Shown: piece after piece, positions 1-9,243 of the stretch
How positions within the stretch are numbered: position 1 is the first letter of the stretch
How the letters are laid out: every line of letters begins with the position of its first letter
DNA from: Psychrobacter sp. DM4
GTDB taxonomy: Bacteria > Pseudomonadota > Gammaproteobacteria > Pseudomonadales > Moraxellaceae
Direction: 5' to 3'
NCBI RefSeq assembly: GCF_051307035.1
Contig: NZ_CP195536.1
Location: forward strand, 540,001-572,000
Length of the DNA stretch: 32,000 bases
The notes under the pieces: model-generated
Seen by the model: the letters and a program-made list of their open reading frames with translations, nothing else
What the model was told of the DNA's origin: nothing
The model's database searches: none
Made by a program: the position numbers and the translations under genes

Positions 1-350
1 GCCGCAGGGTAATTAAGATCATAAAGCGCATCATCAAACCCCGAAAAATCATGCCACGTTTTGGGCTTTGGATTGCTACTAACCTCAAGCTTGGTAGAGT
101 GCCAATGCGCGGACATGATAATGATAGCGCGCGGTTTGGGTAGATTGTGACCCATACGCGCCAGAGCGTTGGTCGTCGCCGATTGCTCAATAGCGAGCGT
201 TGGCGCGCCATGAGATATGAACAGTGCCGGTAGGCGAGCGGCGTTCTTTAGCCCAACAGGTGTATCCGCCCAAGCGACTGCACCTGTGATAGGAGTAGCC
301 GCTTTGCGCGGTTTAAAATTAGGAGGTGTGGCAAATCTTGATTGGCTCAT
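1..350 (-). CDS. 4,5-DOPA dioxygenase extradiol-like protein (YgiD / LigB-type class III extradiol dioxygenase), N-terminal part; 3' end lies outside the window
   Basis: Not in the ORF track because it runs off the window. My reverse-strand translation from the ATG at 350-348 gives MSQSRFATPPNFKPRKAATPITGAVAWADTPVGLKNAARLPALFISHGAPTLAIEQSATTNALARMGHNLPKPRAIIIMSAHWHSTKLEVSSNPKPKTWHDFSGFDDALYDLNYPAA. The blocks 'FISHGAP', 'SAHW' and 'HDFxGF..LY' are typical of YgiD-type dioxygenases. Confidence 0.75.
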   Translation of the reverse strand, partial: MSQSRFATPPNFKPRKAATPITGAVAWADTPVGLKNAARLPALFISHGAPTLAIEQSATTNALARMGHNLPKPRAIIIMSAHWHSTKLEVSSNPKPKTWHDFSGFDDALYDLNYPA

Positions 351-462
351 TTAGCATTTATTAGGGCGTAAGTGGGTTTTTCAATCGCTAGAAGGGATGA
401 TATTTTATGAAAAAAGGTATAGACATAGGTATTTTGATCGACGGAACACTTCTTCTTTAACA

Positions 463-951
463 TCAGTTACCACGATGATAAGGGTGATTATTATTGATAC
501 TCATCGCGCGATACAGCTGCTCCATGAGTACGACTCGTACTAGTGGATGAGGCATCGTCAGCGCTGATAATGACCATTTCATATCAGCTTTTGACAATAG
601 GTCAGGTGAGACACCGTCTGCGCCGCCAATGACCAGCGCGATATCATCGCCCTGTATCATCGCCTCGCTAAGCTTATCCGCTAGGCCCTCAGTCGAGAGC
701 ATTTTGCCCTTGACGTCGAGTACCCACAACTGCTCGCGCCCAGTATCATTATGTGCGGCGAGTATCGTTTGACCCTCTGTCTCTCGGTACTGAGCCAAAT
801 TGGCATCCGAAGGGTTTTTAGCGCGTTTAGCAGCAGCCAGCTCTATCACTTCAGTGCTGAGCATAGGTTGAATGCGTTTGTGATACTCATTAAAACCGCT
901 TTGTATCCAACTGGGCATTTTGTTACCAACTGTCAAAATCCGCACTTTCAT
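463..951 (-). CDS. rlmH: 23S rRNA (pseudouridine1915-N3)-methyltransferase RlmH (SPOUT family)
   Basis: The ~160-aa ORF has the typical RlmH layout: 'MKVRILTVGNKMP.W...GF.EY.KR' at the N-terminus and 'ALVIGGADGVSP' plus 'WSLSALTMPHPLVRVVLMEQLYRA' at the C-terminus. The track ORF begins at a GTG. An AGGAG lies 8 nt upstream of the ATG at 951, so I prefer that start. Confidence 0.9.
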   Translation of the reverse strand: MKVRILTVGNKMPSWIQSGFNEYHKRIQPMLSTEVIELAAAKRAKNPSDANLAQYRETEGQTILAAHNDTGREQLWVLDVKGKMLSTEGLADKLSEAMIQGDDIALVIGGADGVSPDLLSKADMKWSLSALTMPHPLVRVVLMEQLYRAMSINNNHPYHRGN

Positions 952-1098
952 ATGTATCACTCCTGGTTATCGTTAAGATAACTTTACAAACAAAAATTCG
1001 TTAGTTTTAAGTTTTATGCTCTACTAAGCCGAGATAAACAAAGCTTATTATGTTTATTTATCTCAAAATATCTCATTATAAAATCAATGGAGCTGATT

Positions 1099-1545
1099 AT
1101 GAAACGTGTAACATCAATGGTACTAGGTTTTAGTGCAAGCGCTCTACTGTCCACCTCTGCTCTTGCCGCCTCCTTAAATGGCACGCAATGGCAAACGGTA
1201 GACGACAAGACGGGTGAGAAAAAAGCCATTATCCAGTTAAATGAAAGTAGTGGCAAAGTATCAGGCAAAATCATTAAGGTTATGAATACCAAAGATGCCA
1301 AAGCACTGTGCGAAAAATGTCCTGGTAGTCTCAAAAATAAGCCCGTTGAAGGCTTGCAGATTCTGTCAGGACTAAAGGCAAACGGTAACAATCAATGGAG
1401 TGATGGTCAGCTTGTCGATCCAGAAACGGGCAAAGTCTATTCTGGTAAGTTGACTCTTAGCGATAACGGTAAAAGCCTAAAACTACGTGGTTATGTGGGC
1501 TCACCCGTCTTTGGTCGCTCGCAAACTTGGCAACGTGTGAAGTAG
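1099..1545 (+). CDS. DUF2147 domain-containing periplasmic protein (signal peptide)
   Basis: N-terminal signal peptide 'MKRVTSMVLGFSASALLSTSALA'. The body 'G.W.T.DDKTGE.KAII......GK.SGKI' and 'W.DG.L.DPE.GK.Y.GK..L..NG..L.LRGY.G....GR.Q.W.R' matches my recollection of DUF2147. GGAG lies 6 nt upstream of the ATG at 1099. Confidence 0.75.
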   Translation: MKRVTSMVLGFSASALLSTSALAASLNGTQWQTVDDKTGEKKAIIQLNESSGKVSGKIIKVMNTKDAKALCEKCPGSLKNKPVEGLQILSGLKANGNNQWSDGQLVDPETGKVYSGKLTLSDNGKSLKLRGYVGSPVFGRSQTWQRVK

Positions 1546-1574
1546 TTATTACAAAATAATCAATCAAGCTCAAC

Positions 1575-1607
1575 GGGAGTCTAATAGCAGTGGACTCCCT
1601 ATTTTTG
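1575..1607 (+). terminator. Rho-independent terminator candidate after the DUF2147 gene
   Basis: Stem gggagtc (1575-1581) pairs with gactccc (1593-1599), followed by tattttt. Confidence 0.6.
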
Positions 1608-1684
1608 TATGCAAATGTCGTAGCGCTTGTATAAACGCTTATTACTAGCTGATCGATAAATACATTTATCTGCTATCTGCAAGA

Positions 1685-2230
1685 TCAATCAATTAGAGGC
1701 TGTAGGGTCTCAGACACGCGTGCATCCTCTTTATTCTCTTTGCCTTCTTTTTCTTTGGGTTTTTTGAGGATAGTGAGTTTGGCATCAGACTCAAAGACTA
1801 CCGCTTCAATCTCATCAAAATCATTAGCGCCCTCAGAGCGCATGGCACATTCAACCTCTTGCTGAGTCAAACGCTCAGCGCGCAAAGCTTCAGGCAAGAA
1901 CTGTCCTTGATAAAAGACGATACGCGGGTCAGACAAAACAAACTGGCTAAATGGCGGCGAGATAGAAGCGTACTTAGTCACTAGGTATTGGAGGGCATAT
2001 AACACCAAAATCGACGATGATCCCTCTATAAAGGGAATGTCTTTGAGCAAAATAGTGCTAGCACCTAGTGAGCCGATCATGACGGTCACAATCCAGTCAA
2101 AATTATTAAGCTGAGAGGTTGAGCGTTTGCCTGAGACTTTGGTTGTTATGACAATTAGCAGGTATACCATAACGGTTGTTAATACAATTCGTCCTAGTTT
2201 TTCGAGGTCATCGAACATCAACATATCCAT
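1685..2230 (-). CDS. DUF421 (YetF-like) membrane protein
   Basis: Three N-terminal hydrophobic segments including the 'KR...QLN.FDW' block. The soluble C-terminal part has 'L.EALR.ERLT..EV..A.R..G......E..AVV.E.D..L' as in the YetF/DUF421 family. AAGGAAG RBS before the ATG at 2230. Confidence 0.7.
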   Translation of the reverse strand: MDMLMFDDLEKLGRIVLTTVMVYLLIVITTKVSGKRSTSQLNNFDWIVTVMIGSLGASTILLKDIPFIEGSSSILVLYALQYLVTKYASISPPFSQFVLSDPRIVFYQGQFLPEALRAERLTQQEVECAMRSEGANDFDEIEAVVFESDAKLTILKKPKEKEGKENKEDARVSETLQPLID

Positions 2231-2312
2231 GTGGCTGCTTCCTTATGATTGTAACTTATCATCATAGACGATGAGTGAGCCAAGCTCGTTGTAGGGTTTA
2301 TAAGAATGATAA

Positions 2313-2807
2313 CTATACGCCGATTTTGGTAGGCGCTAATAAGCGATTAAAAATTAAAATACCAATACGTGCGCTAATAACCGTCAGGATCATAACCATG
2401 ACAAGTGCGCTCAGTAAAGGTAAAGGACGATCCACAGCCATGTCCATAAGCACCTCACGACTGACGGCGTCAAATAATAAAAACCATAAACCCAATAGAT
2501 AAAGCGCACTTAGTAGCCATATTGTAGCGATACCTGCCACTGTCAAATAATTGATCTCACGGCGGCTCAAAGCACGGTGGTGATGCTTGATAAATTTGTA
2601 CACGGCGATATAAGCGCTGACGATAACAGACAGTACAGTGACGAGCTGCGGGTTCATAGGTAATTGCGTCTGAACAATCATCAATAGCGTGCTGGCAAGT
2701 ACATAACCTAGCGCAAAAAACACAACGTAGCGTGAGAGATTGACGGATATCATCTGAGGCGACGCTGACGACTTTTTTGATTTACTGATACTGGGTTTTT
2801 GAGACAT
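2313..2807 (-). CDS. hypothetical integral membrane protein (about 4 TM segments)
   Basis: Open frame with a K/S-rich N-terminus (MSQKPSISKSKKSSASPQ) followed by four hydrophobic stretches. I recognise no family. I chose the start at M29 of the track ORF (ATG at 2807) because the upstream 28 codons look non-coding. Confidence 0.5.
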   Translation of the reverse strand: MSQKPSISKSKKSSASPQMISVNLSRYVVFFALGYVLASTLLMIVQTQLPMNPQLVTVLSVIVSAYIAVYKFIKHHHRALSRREINYLTVAGIATIWLLSALYLLGLWFLLFDAVSREVLMDMAVDRPLPLLSALVMVMILTVISARIGILIFNRLLAPTKIGV

Positions 2808-2914
2808 GTTCTTGCCTATAAGTCGTTTTAATAATCGTATTAGACTTAAGCAAACTTTGAGGTTAACACTAATATTAAAGCTTAGCATCAAAGCTTGGCA
2901 TCAAGTGTCTTTTG

Positions 2915-4810
2915 TTATTGCTGAGCCGTCCAATCAAGTAGCGTATCCAATACAGGACGAGCGGTATAAGCATTGAGGGCTTGCTCGGTATTGATAATAC
3001 CAACCACCGCATAATCTTGACCTGATAGTCCTTTGACGTAGCCTGCTATCGAAGTTACATTATTTAGCGTCCCCGTCTTGATCCAAGCGCGTCCTATCGC
3101 TGCTGACTCAGGCAACCGCTCGCTATGAGAGGAGATAGTACCGCTCACACCTGCTACGCCTAATGAGCCGACATAAGCCTCAAAACTTGGATGCTTATAA
3201 GCGTAAGTTAAAAGTTCACTAAGATTGGCCGCAGTGAGGGTACAGTCTCGGCACAGTCCTGAACCATTAGTCAGATAAGGCGGCGCTGTGCTGAGATGAG
3301 TGCGCCACCAGGTATCAATGCGCTGCAAGGCTTGTGGATAGTCCGTAACCTTTGACGCACCATAATGATATAGGCTTGTTGCTTTATTAGCAGTTGGCGC
3401 ATTCTGATTGTGAGGCGTGCTATCTTGGCTATAAGCGCCTAACGACAACGCCACTTGCTCCGTCATAACGTTGTTTGAGAAGTGATTGATGTCGTAAATT
3501 TGCTGGGTCAAATCAAGCGAAGGATAGCTTGCAATCGGTAACGGTGAGACGATCTGTGCGACTCTTTTACTACCTTTTTTTGTAGCCTGATAAGGGCCGT
3601 CTTTTGCAATCACTTGACCGCTAAGCGTATTGCCCAGTTGCTGCCATTTCGAGGCAACAACGCGGGCGGCAAAGTCTTTGGCATCAGGATAAGCCACATA
3701 AAACACATGTTCCGCGCAGCTCGTCGGTAGATTGGCATTGAGTACCAATTTATCAGATTGCCACTCAGGCGCAAGACTACTACTCGCCTGCGAGCAACCC
3801 GCTTGACGCGTCCCGATAGATGATGGCAACTCATAGTTAGCGAGCTTGGGCTTGTAGGTAAGTTTTGCGCTTTTGTCGTCTTCCAAAAAGCTGTAAATAC
3901 CAACAGTACTAAAATTCACCAAGAACCCATCAGGACTGGCGTTATAGGGTCGCAGTGGCGCGTTATCAAAAGCGCTAGGATCTTTGGTCACATTATTGAA
4001 GATAGTGCTATCAACAATAATATCGCCATCGATATGATGAATGCCTGTTTTTTTGACTTGGTAAAGCAGCTGACGCAAACGCTCATGAGTCATCTTGGGA
4101 TCGCCGCTCCCTTGAATAATTAGATCGCCTTGCAAACGATCGCCGATAATGAGTCCAGTATGATAAACCCGAGTATGCCATACAAAATCAGCGCCCAAGC
4201 TATCTAAGGCAATAAAACTAGGAATGAGCTTCATCGTACTAGCAGGCGTGCGTGCAACATTGACATGATGGATTATTAAAGGCTGACGATTTGATGATAA
4301 AGGCAAAGTAGATGGGGTTTGAGACTCTATATCCTCAGCGTCCAAGGTATCGCTATTACTATCCGTATTTTCGATAGCTGGTACTACCAACGGATCAAGG
4401 CTTAAGTGAGTATAAGGGTCATCAGTATAAGCACTGAGCTTGCGTTCTTGTTCAATGATATCTTCTTCGACCACTAGTTGCTCACTTGCTACTAGCGTCT
4501 TGTTCACCTCATCCGCGATGGCATGATCTTCGCTTAGCGCCACCACTTGTATTATAGGCGGCAAACGACTGTTGTCTTTTAAACCAACGGGCACGACCAT
4601 GATACTAATATCAGCGGGTTCTAACTTTGCTTTTGACAACGCCTCCAAAATAGAGACAGGCAGTACAGCTTGCGCACTTATCGGCGTGAGCGTAGCTAGA
4701 GCTGCAAATACCGGCATCGATAAAGGCGTAATTGACGCCCGTATTAGCCTTTGATTATTAGCTACAAGCAAAGACATAAAGCGCTGATAGACTTGGGTAG
4801 TAGGCGGCAT
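2915..4810 (-). CDS. dacB: D-alanyl-D-alanine carboxypeptidase/endopeptidase, PBP4 type (peptidase S13)
   Basis: It carries an SxxK motif ('PASTMKLIP', S191), an SxN-type motif ('HFSNNVMTEQ') and KTG ('WIKTGTLNNV'). PBP4-like blocks 'IIQGSGDPK' and 'AVVGIIN' are present, with a signal-like N-terminus ending 'PISAQA'. Confidence 0.85.
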   Translation of the reverse strand: MPPTTQVYQRFMSLLVANNQRLIRASITPLSMPVFAALATLTPISAQAVLPVSILEALSKAKLEPADISIMVVPVGLKDNSRLPPIIQVVALSEDHAIADEVNKTLVASEQLVVEEDIIEQERKLSAYTDDPYTHLSLDPLVVPAIENTDSNSDTLDAEDIESQTPSTLPLSSNRQPLIIHHVNVARTPASTMKLIPSFIALDSLGADFVWHTRVYHTGLIIGDRLQGDLIIQGSGDPKMTHERLRQLLYQVKKTGIHHIDGDIIVDSTIFNNVTKDPSAFDNAPLRPYNASPDGFLVNFSTVGIYSFLEDDKSAKLTYKPKLANYELPSSIGTRQAGCSQASSSLAPEWQSDKLVLNANLPTSCAEHVFYVAYPDAKDFAARVVASKWQQLGNTLSGQVIAKDGPYQATKKGSKRVAQIVSPLPIASYPSLDLTQQIYDINHFSNNVMTEQVALSLGAYSQDSTPHNQNAPTANKATSLYHYGASKVTDYPQALQRIDTWWRTHLSTAPPYLTNGSGLCRDCTLTAANLSELLTYAYKHPSFEAYVGSLGVAGVSGTISSHSERLPESAAIGRAWIKTGTLNNVTSIAGYVKGLSGQDYAVVGIINTEQALNAYTARPVLDTLLDWTAQQ

Positions 4811-4959
4811 GAGGGGATCTATTATCTGAGGTCAAAAACAAGCTATGGTAGCATGAGTGGATAGTTTTACCTATATGAAGCGTAATGCTTAAGTCTATAA
4901 AACAGGACTGAGAGTACCAGATGGTCTCGCAAGACACCATAAAAAAATCCACTTCAGTA

Positions 4960-5571
4960 CTAACGCAAATGCAAAAACGCCATAGCAGTCATCACCGCAT
5001 CGTTGTAAGCGTCGTGAACACCTAATTCAGGGATGTCGTAGTGCGCTAAAATATGACTTAAATGATGAGATTTATTAGGAGGCGCTTGGGTAGAGCTCCC
5101 CATTTTTCTGGCGTATAAGCGCCGTACATCAATCACTTGATTGGGCAAAGGGGTGCCCATATAGCGCTTGATCAAAGGGTTCAAAAAGGCCGTATCGATC
5201 TGCGGACAAAACCCTACGATTGGACGATTACCGATAAAGGGTAGTAGCAGCGCGAGCATATCCTCATAACTCATGCCGTTTTCGACCTCAGCGCACCGTA
5301 GTCCATGGATAACAATGGTATCCGCGTCTGGCATAACAGGCGGGCGACAGACTAGATGTAAGCCGTTACCCGTATCGATCGTATTACTATTGATATGAAT
5401 GGCGGCTACCGAGAGCAGGTGGTGCTTGCGCGGATTTAGCCCTGTCATCTCACAGTCAATAGCAACCCACTGATCTGATAGTGGCGGCGCAAACAGCTTT
5501 GCCAGTTCAGGACGCTGCAGGCGAGTGCTATACCACAAGGTTGCTAATTGCTTAAGCCAGCTCATAGTCAT
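4960..5571 (-). CDS. DEDDh 3'-5' exonuclease (DNA polymerase III epsilon-like domain protein)
   Basis: ExoI 'AIDCEMTGL', ExoII 'IVGFCPQIDTAFL' and ExoIII 'HDAYNDAVMTA' motifs. It starts 23 nt after the stop of the upstream DUF294 gene on the same strand. Confidence 0.8.
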   Translation of the reverse strand: MTMSWLKQLATLWYSTRLQRPELAKLFAPPLSDQWVAIDCEMTGLNPRKHHLLSVAAIHINSNTIDTGNGLHLVCRPPVMPDADTIVIHGLRCAEVENGMSYEDMLALLLPFIGNRPIVGFCPQIDTAFLNPLIKRYMGTPLPNQVIDVRRLYARKMGSSTQAPPNKSHHLSHILAHYDIPELGVHDAYNDAVMTAMAFLHLR

Positions 5572-5593
5572 GACGCTCCGATATACTCTCCAT

Positions 5594-7540
5594 CTATCCT
5601 ATCTCTAAATGATAGTGATGACTGAGTTGGTTTTTGAAGCTTTTGACTACAGCGAGACACTCTTTTAGGGCATCGCGCTCAAGCGCTGACAAAGTGATAG
5701 GATCTACTTGGCGTGCGTATTTATCATCGGTAGATAGCGCTACCGCTAAGCGCTGCGCCATAAAAAACTCCAGCGCCTCGGCTAGCGTCTCGGCGCGCTC
5801 TTTGTTGAACATACGGGCAGCGACCAAGGCTTTGAGTCGCTCCTTAGTACTTGTCACCTCAAAAATATCATGCTCAAGTGCTAAGGTGCGAATACCATGT
5901 ACAAGCGGAAATAAGCCTGATTTTTTGAGATCAATGTCTCGGCGCGTGGGCTTACCTATCAAGGGTGCAAACTTTTGCCACCATTGACCAGTATCACCAA
6001 ACTGTAAGGCTACGCGAGCAAACTGACGAACGAACATAGGCTCTGAGCGCTGATGCGCTATCTGCAAATGAGCCCGTATTTGCGTTAATAGATCTTTGTC
6101 CCCGCAGATATATTCGCCATCGAGTATTGAGGATAGATAAACACTATGCATAGGGTCAGTGTTTTTAAACCATAAACTGATTTGTGCTTTAAAAGATTTA
6201 AGCTCCTGTCGCCATATCGGATTATTCATCATGATATGACCGTCACATAAAGGATACCCTAATATGGACAACTGCTGGTTAAAGGTATCCGCAAACTTAT
6301 CTAAATCAGGATGGATGTAACCGTCACGAATGATCAGCGCGTTGTCTTGATCTGTGCGCATGATTTGCTCTCCGCGACCCTCCGAGCCCATGACAATGAC
6401 GCAGGTGTTTTCGATCACCTCTTTTGGTACTATTAGCTGCCACAGCTTAGTAAATACTTGTGCATTCAATTGCTGTACCATACGACTGACCACGCCGACT
6501 CTTACCCCGTTTTGCTGCTGGGCGCGAATATAGCGCCCAATCAGCGTCACCGCTTTATCCAAACTTGCCATATCGCGTGCTTGTTCAATCTCCATACTAA
6601 TGAGCTGCGAGTGATGACTGACATAAGCGAGCATGTCGTTTTGTGCTAAGACTCCAATTACCTTATCATTACTATCTAAGACAGGTAGGCGGTGAATGCG
6701 GTAGCGCGTCATAGTCAATAGCGCATCGCCGATCTCACTATCGGCATTGATCGTATGCAAATCAAAGCTTGCATAGTGTAGGCAAGGAGTAGTGGCAGGG
6801 TCTCTTTGATCGCTCACTGCGCGGCAGATATCATGGTCGCTGAGCATACCTAAACTGCGATCAGAACCTTGATTTGCTAACGGGTCTGATAGCGTCTTAT
6901 CGATAGGTTCGGTCTGCTTGGGCAGACGCACTAATACATGCTTAAGAGAGGCGTCAGTCATAGTACGCGCCGCTTGATACAAGCTACTATGGGCATCGAC
7001 AATGTGTATGGGTAGCAAGGTTATATCAGTGACAGGTTGAAGCAAAATCTGCTGTACTTCTTGCTGAGCGGTATAACTGCTCGCGCCTGTATGTTGCGTC
7101 TGACGTCTGCTCTTTAGTGACTTTAGGCGCTCAGAGAGAGTATCAGAGAGCAGCTGACGTACTAGATGGTTTTGCGCCGCTATCTTATCGATAGTTGTAC
7201 CATCGATTTGAAGTAACAGGGAGTCTTCAAGCGCACAAAATTGATAACGATTTAGCTGTTTTTGGGGGTCAATACTCAAATCAGGAGTACGGCGACTATC
7301 GAACCAGTCGTTGCTGTTTAGTTGTTCGGTAAGGTTGTTACCTAGATAGGTGGTAACCCGCTCATCACCTAAGCGCTGTTCAATTTGACCCTTTAGGACC
7401 ACATAGAAATAGATAAAATCTTTATCAGCCAAGCACTCGTTTTGAGCCAAATAAATAACTTGAGTATGTTTTTTGACGCTTGAGCGCTCGTCATTACTTA
7501 GGACGTCAAAAGGCGGCTGAGTAAAATCAAGCTGAGTCAT
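5594..7540 (-). CDS. cNMP-binding-like / tandem CBS / DUF294 putative nucleotidyltransferase signal-transduction protein
   Basis: Domain order read from the translation. N-terminal cNMP-binding-like region. Then CBS pairs ('...HRLPVLDSNDKVIGVLAQNDML'). Then a nucleotidyltransferase core 'CVIVMGSEGRGEQIMRTDQDNALI' (GS...DQD). The C-terminal helical DUF294_C-like region has 'DLKKSGLFPLVHGIR'. AAGGAAG lies 5-6 nt before the ATG at 7540; the track ORF starts at an upstream GTG. Confidence 0.8.
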   Translation of the reverse strand: MTQLDFTQPPFDVLSNDERSSVKKHTQVIYLAQNECLADKDFIYFYVVLKGQIEQRLGDERVTTYLGNNLTEQLNSNDWFDSRRTPDLSIDPQKQLNRYQFCALEDSLLLQIDGTTIDKIAAQNHLVRQLLSDTLSERLKSLKSRRQTQHTGASSYTAQQEVQQILLQPVTDITLLPIHIVDAHSSLYQAARTMTDASLKHVLVRLPKQTEPIDKTLSDPLANQGSDRSLGMLSDHDICRAVSDQRDPATTPCLHYASFDLHTINADSEIGDALLTMTRYRIHRLPVLDSNDKVIGVLAQNDMLAYVSHHSQLISMEIEQARDMASLDKAVTLIGRYIRAQQQNGVRVGVVSRMVQQLNAQVFTKLWQLIVPKEVIENTCVIVMGSEGRGEQIMRTDQDNALIIRDGYIHPDLDKFADTFNQQLSILGYPLCDGHIMMNNPIWRQELKSFKAQISLWFKNTDPMHSVYLSSILDGEYICGDKDLLTQIRAHLQIAHQRSEPMFVRQFARVALQFGDTGQWWQKFAPLIGKPTRRDIDLKKSGLFPLVHGIRTLALEHDIFEVTSTKERLKALVAARMFNKERAETLAEALEFFMAQRLAVALSTDDKYARQVDPITLSALERDALKECLAVVKSFKNQLSHHYHLEIG

Positions 7541-7687
7541 GACATCTTCCTTCTGCACACAACGCTATAGTAAATCATCTATCACTATAGCATTATCTGC
7601 ATTCAAATCCACAATAACATCGTTGTTATCATAGCGTCATCTCACGACTATATTAGTATTACGAAAAAAGGTTACTTATGCCTCTTT

Positions 7688-8923
7688 TTACGCTGTAGCA
7701 CCGAGCAGAGTGCGGATACGGCGAATAGCCTCGCCGCTTTCATCGACGCTCGCGACTAGTGCGATACGCACGTATCCTTGACCAGGATTGACACCGTCAA
7801 CCTCTCTTGAGAGATAGCGTCCTGCGAGTGCATGAATATTAGCCTGCTCATACAAGGCTTTGACAAACCGCTCGTCATCCTCATTGAATTGCTCAGGTAC
7901 TTTTATCCAAAAGTAAAAGCCTGCATCTGGCATACGCAACTCTAGTAGATCACCTAAGTCCTGCATCCACAGAGCAAACTTCTCTCTATAAAGCGTGCGA
8001 TTGTGTGCCACATGCCTCTCATCCTGCCAAGCCGCTATCGATGCCAATTGATGGGGTATGGGCATCGCGCAGCCCTGATAAGTACGATATTGCACGTAGC
8101 TCTGTAGTATATCTCCATCACCTGCAATGAATCCTGAGCGTAGTCCTGGCAAATTTGAGCGCTTGGAGAGCGAATGAAAGACCACGCAATTTTTGAAATT
8201 ATCACGGCCAAGCGCTGCACAAGCTTGTAGCAGTCCTATTGGTGCTTCATCAAAGTACAGCTCGCTGTAACACTCATCACTTGCGATAATAAAATTATGC
8301 TGATCAGATAGGCGGATAAGATACTCCCAATCCTCCATACTCATGATAGCGCCAGTAGGATTGTTAGGATTACAAACGAATAGGAGCTGCGTGCGCTCCC
8401 AGACTTCTTTGGGTACTGAGCGATAACTGCCTTTAAACTGGTTATCAGGAGTACAAGGCACAAAATAAGGCGTCGCTTGCGCTAGTATCGCAGCTCCCTC
8501 ATAAATCTGATAAAACGGATTAGGCATCACCACCGTAGGACTTGCGTCAGCATCAGAGTTGTGATTGATTACTGCTTGTACAAAACTGAAGATAGCTTCG
8601 CGTGAGCCCATGACTGGAAGTATTTGAGAGTTTGGATTGATATGTTGCAAAAAGAATCGCTTCTCAAGCCAGTGCGCGATGGTTTGGCGCAGCTCAAACA
8701 TACCATTGGTCGTGGGGTAGCTGGACAATTTGTCCAAGTTTTCCTGTAATACGTCCAGTACAAACTGGGGCGGCGTATGTTTTGGCTCACCAATACCAAG
8801 CTTTATCTCGCTGTAATCGATAGCTGGCATACTATCGGCAAGGAGTGATGCCATCTTTGCAAAGGGATAAGGATGTAAGTGCATTAAGTTGTTATTCATA
8901 AGAGTGCTGACTATAATAGACAA
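7688..8923 (-). CDS. dapC: PLP-dependent class I aminotransferase, probably succinyldiaminopimelate transaminase (DapC-type)
   Basis: 'HLHPYPFAKM' N-terminus, 'NPNNPTG' and the PLP-lysine block 'SLSKRSNLPGLRSGF'. Its position next to glnD and map matches the map-glnD-dapC arrangement known from Pseudomonas. The start is ambiguous: ATG at 8923 or at 8899 (MNNNLMHLHPYPF). Confidence 0.75.
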   Translation of the reverse strand: MSIIVSTLMNNNLMHLHPYPFAKMASLLADSMPAIDYSEIKLGIGEPKHTPPQFVLDVLQENLDKLSSYPTTNGMFELRQTIAHWLEKRFFLQHINPNSQILPVMGSREAIFSFVQAVINHNSDADASPTVVMPNPFYQIYEGAAILAQATPYFVPCTPDNQFKGSYRSVPKEVWERTQLLFVCNPNNPTGAIMSMEDWEYLIRLSDQHNFIIASDECYSELYFDEAPIGLLQACAALGRDNFKNCVVFHSLSKRSNLPGLRSGFIAGDGDILQSYVQYRTYQGCAMPIPHQLASIAAWQDERHVAHNRTLYREKFALWMQDLGDLLELRMPDAGFYFWIKVPEQFNEDDERFVKALYEQANIHALAGRYLSREVDGVNPGQGYVRIALVASVDESGEAIRRIRTLLGATA

Positions 8924-9243
8924 TAAATAATAAAGTTATAAAGAAAAGTAACAATTGAGCAGTGTAGCACTTCTGCTATTTATTGTCTTTTTCTTCCCAA
9001 ATTATTGTCATGACCTTGGTATCTACAAGCTCTATGACAGTGTGTTATGACTAACCTATTACAGCGTCAATCGTTGCAACATTGATACTTTCGTTTTGAG
9101 TACGTTCTATCGTAACTGGGGTGCTCTGAGGTTTGACTGTATTTCTATTATAGTCTGGCTCATAGCTTATAAATAACAAGTATGACAAACCGTTGTGACG
9201 CCGTCTGTAGCGCGCATAGTTTGATAGGCTAAGGATGATTGAT

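Noticed and set aside
1014-1391. 125-aa ORF antisense to the DUF2147 gene. Similar antisense ORFs occur at 751-981, 2275-2502, 18837-19082 and 19149-19442.
   Set aside because: Each is antisense to a gene with a clear signal peptide, domain pattern and RBS. No independent support exists for any of them.
4758-4952. 64-aa minus-strand ORF in the dacB / exonuclease spacer.
   Set aside because: It overlaps the dacB 5' end, has no RBS and has an odd composition (C/S/H/F-rich). It is more likely promoter or leader sequence for dacB.
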